The position numbers and the translations under genes were made by a program. Positions 62,701-64,000 of a DNA stretch of 64,000 nucleotides are shown one piece after another. Position 1 is the stretch's first letter. Each line of letters starts with the position of its first letter. The stretch is from Azolla caroliniana (Eukaryota > Plantae > Polypodiophyta). The stretch covers positions 6,386,001 through 6,450,000 of the forward strand of contig JBHGNT010000021.1 of assembly GCA_043228905.1 (NCBI GenBank). Reading direction: 5' to 3'. The notes under the pieces are model-generated. The model was not told the DNA's origin and made no database searches. It was given only the letters and a program-made list of their open reading frames with translations.

Positions 62701-62850
62701 CTTTTATGATTCTCATTTCAGTCCTATTTACAACATGCTAGCATATGTGTATGTGTGTGGTCTTCTCCCCTTTCACACGTGCACATTGCACCTTCTCGAT
62801 TTCGTTCGTTGCACACAATTTTCACACCGTTGCTGAAAATCTTCACGACA
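59701..62850 (-). mobile_element. Antisense gypsy-type element: 5' LTR 62850-62127, PBS 62119-62104, gag-like ORF, truncated 3' LTR 59701-~60172
   Basis: 59701-60170 repeats 62127-62590. Reverse-complement PBS CACGTCGGGTTCACCA. Flanks GCGG/ACGG. Confidence 0.85.
60182..62062 (-). CDS. Gag-like protein of the antisense LTR element (626-aa ORF, acidic low-complexity C-half)
   Basis: GQFDGRNITKFLDAYKREM..TWSEFEK..DRRELGTLL resembles the other gags in the window. Starts just after the PBS. Confidence 0.7.
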   Translation of the reverse strand: MEMASSSNQVGEFERMMIIFEQMIRSRDNDASVEKAVNSVVEVEGQFDGRNITKFLDAYKREMNQSDMSKACQITSFKRVVANNIQRRVIELQEGKTTWSEFEKTILAEFVTEDLSRITRHALMKWIEKKNKRMSASRVYGEFDQMFRRLPATDQVLLEEDKTLYFLMVVDMKDRRELGTLLKDDTQANGLVAYWVAVKQACNKIDRRHQWFDDIDLVRPSVEKTKPCKEVELPKQSNLHEKKIDDDPRTMTAISKEDKCFGTCVVFETTDDGASQIEACIKGDKECEIDMMKDLATKINIKEAAMNKTITVDNDHDRIFSTHVPETWEVASKNQRETQETEGVGEEPKVEKNTCDKERRIIKACSIKKVNGYEAHEIEEIAIRNDIKSEVAMKELMADGHIEDSFTQVLETWALTDEKRKRRKLVPRKQRSMLIRTTLRWKWLSAARKSQTMEMYGSLHTCSRDLGINRCKTQEKDSDGEEARIKADVCNKEFEQNMTRDGDGQSNHEDPKDVIKTSIKDTTVKIVNHNMRLYHESGQSEKHSAWSCKDLEVGMHLKVLHGVAKIIIQIKAWGEKHKTKMCDGSKCLEQGDDREKGGTCIKPKRICSKEEQGTMTTGHGKANMSK

Positions 62851-63311
62851 ACGGTCAAAGGCCTGTCTGGGGGCGTGACTCTAGAAAAGCCGACAAAGAT
62901 GGTACGCGATCTCCAGATCGCACAGGCCCAGAGGGATAGCAAGGGACAGCTGCGGGAGTGGAGGCCTCCGGCTGACCAACGATGTATGTGGTGTGACGTG
63001 GTCGGTCACGTCCGGAGAGAGAGCGCCGACTTTGCCGAGGCACTCAGAAGTAACGTAGTGTACCTATGGAATGGGCGGGTGCACGCATGCGAGACTCGAA
63101 AACCCCTAGAATTGAATACTGGTCAAAGCGGAATGAAGTGGTTAATAGAAGACACCGCGGCACGACACGCCGAGGCAGTCCACTACTCGGCGTCGGTTGG
63201 CATTCGGGTCGAAGATGTTGGCGGTCGGAAGGCGAAGGATTCCGGGTTCTGGCCGTTGGTGTTGGAAGGCCTTTCCGGTGTAAGGTTAAGGGAGGAAGCG
63301 TTCAATACGAG

Positions 63312-64000
63312 TGTATAATGGCCGTATTCACATTGTCCCTTTGGACAGCCCAAGTTTGGGCCATTTCTGTAAATAGCATAAAGGGCAGTTGCCCTAGGAT
63401 GGTACTATATAAAGTGACTTTGTAACCTTTAGTAAAGGTTGGTTGTCATTTGTAACTGTTGCTATTAGAATATAACGTTTCCTTTGTGCCTCTCTCTCTC
63501 TCTCCCTCTGTGTCTATCTTGCTCATGCATACACAGGCTCTTCTTCATCACGAATGTTGCTTGCACTTCCACATTGATGGCCTTGTCCCCAATATTTGGT
63601 ATCAGAGCATTGGAGGTTCTTCAACCCGCTGTCGGCCGTCATCGTACAACACAACATTCTGTTTTCGTTTTCTTTGAAGAACAGAGAAGGGAGAAGAAAA
63701 ACAAAAAGCTCGCATCTCAATGTGTTAAATCACAAATTGGAGTAAGCCAGTCGGTTGTACTCTGATCCTGTGATTGTAACTGCTTGAGGGGAGCTCCTTG
63801 AGCAACAACCGACCCAATCGTGCTTCATTCGGTTAAACAAAATCTGAATAGGTCACCGGATGCTATTCACCCGCTTGCTATAACCACCCGCTGCAGGTTG
63901 GTCTCCTGGCAACAACCACTTCGTGCTTCACTCGGCTGATCGACATTCGGGAGGATCAGTTGGATCCGTCCCTCTCATCGTTGCAGTCATCCGAAGCAGA
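63312..64000 (+). mobile_element. Start of another LTR retrotransposon: LTR ~63312-63594, tRNA-Met PBS 63597-63608
   Basis: TGTAT start, TATATAAA box and TGGTATCAGAGC. The partner LTR is outside the window. Confidence 0.6.

Larger units (their letters stand above)
58403..63300 (+). mobile_element. Gypsy element related to 30971-51672: 5' LTR 58403-58970, Trp-type PBS at 58975, degenerate gag interrupted at 59700 and resuming at ~62855
   Basis: PBS TGGTGAACCCGACGTG. MRGSELAEAM..IVGTIGRFGGK and CMWCDVVGHVRR are homologous to the gag at 46278-47660. Inserted into the copia RT after ACGT. Confidence 0.85.

Overview
Eukaryotic land-plant genomic DNA, probably a non-seed plant (inference from GT-AG introns, a KAI2-type gene, and copia/gypsy/LINE content). 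The left 27 kb holds a decayed LINE, an intact two-exon KAI2 alpha/beta-hydrolase gene, a long spliced gene of unknown function (at least 1514 aa, mostly acidic and low-complexity) and TE debris. The right 37 kb is a five-level nest of transposons: old copia > non-autonomous gypsy > gypsy > TIR DNA transposon > young copia. The standout is a ~9.0 kb DNA transposon (31218-45773 after removing the nested copia) with 36-bp TIRs and a 4-bp AGAA TSD. It carries a DDD-type transposase and, divergently, a six-exon gene for a ParB-like domain fused to a beta-class N6A/N4C DNA methyltransferase. That gene's first intron holds five 25-bp palindromes at a 51-52 bp period. All six insertions of the tRNA-Trp-primed gypsy group sit on a 4-bp target centred on CpG. 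All calls are from manual reading; no database searches were run.
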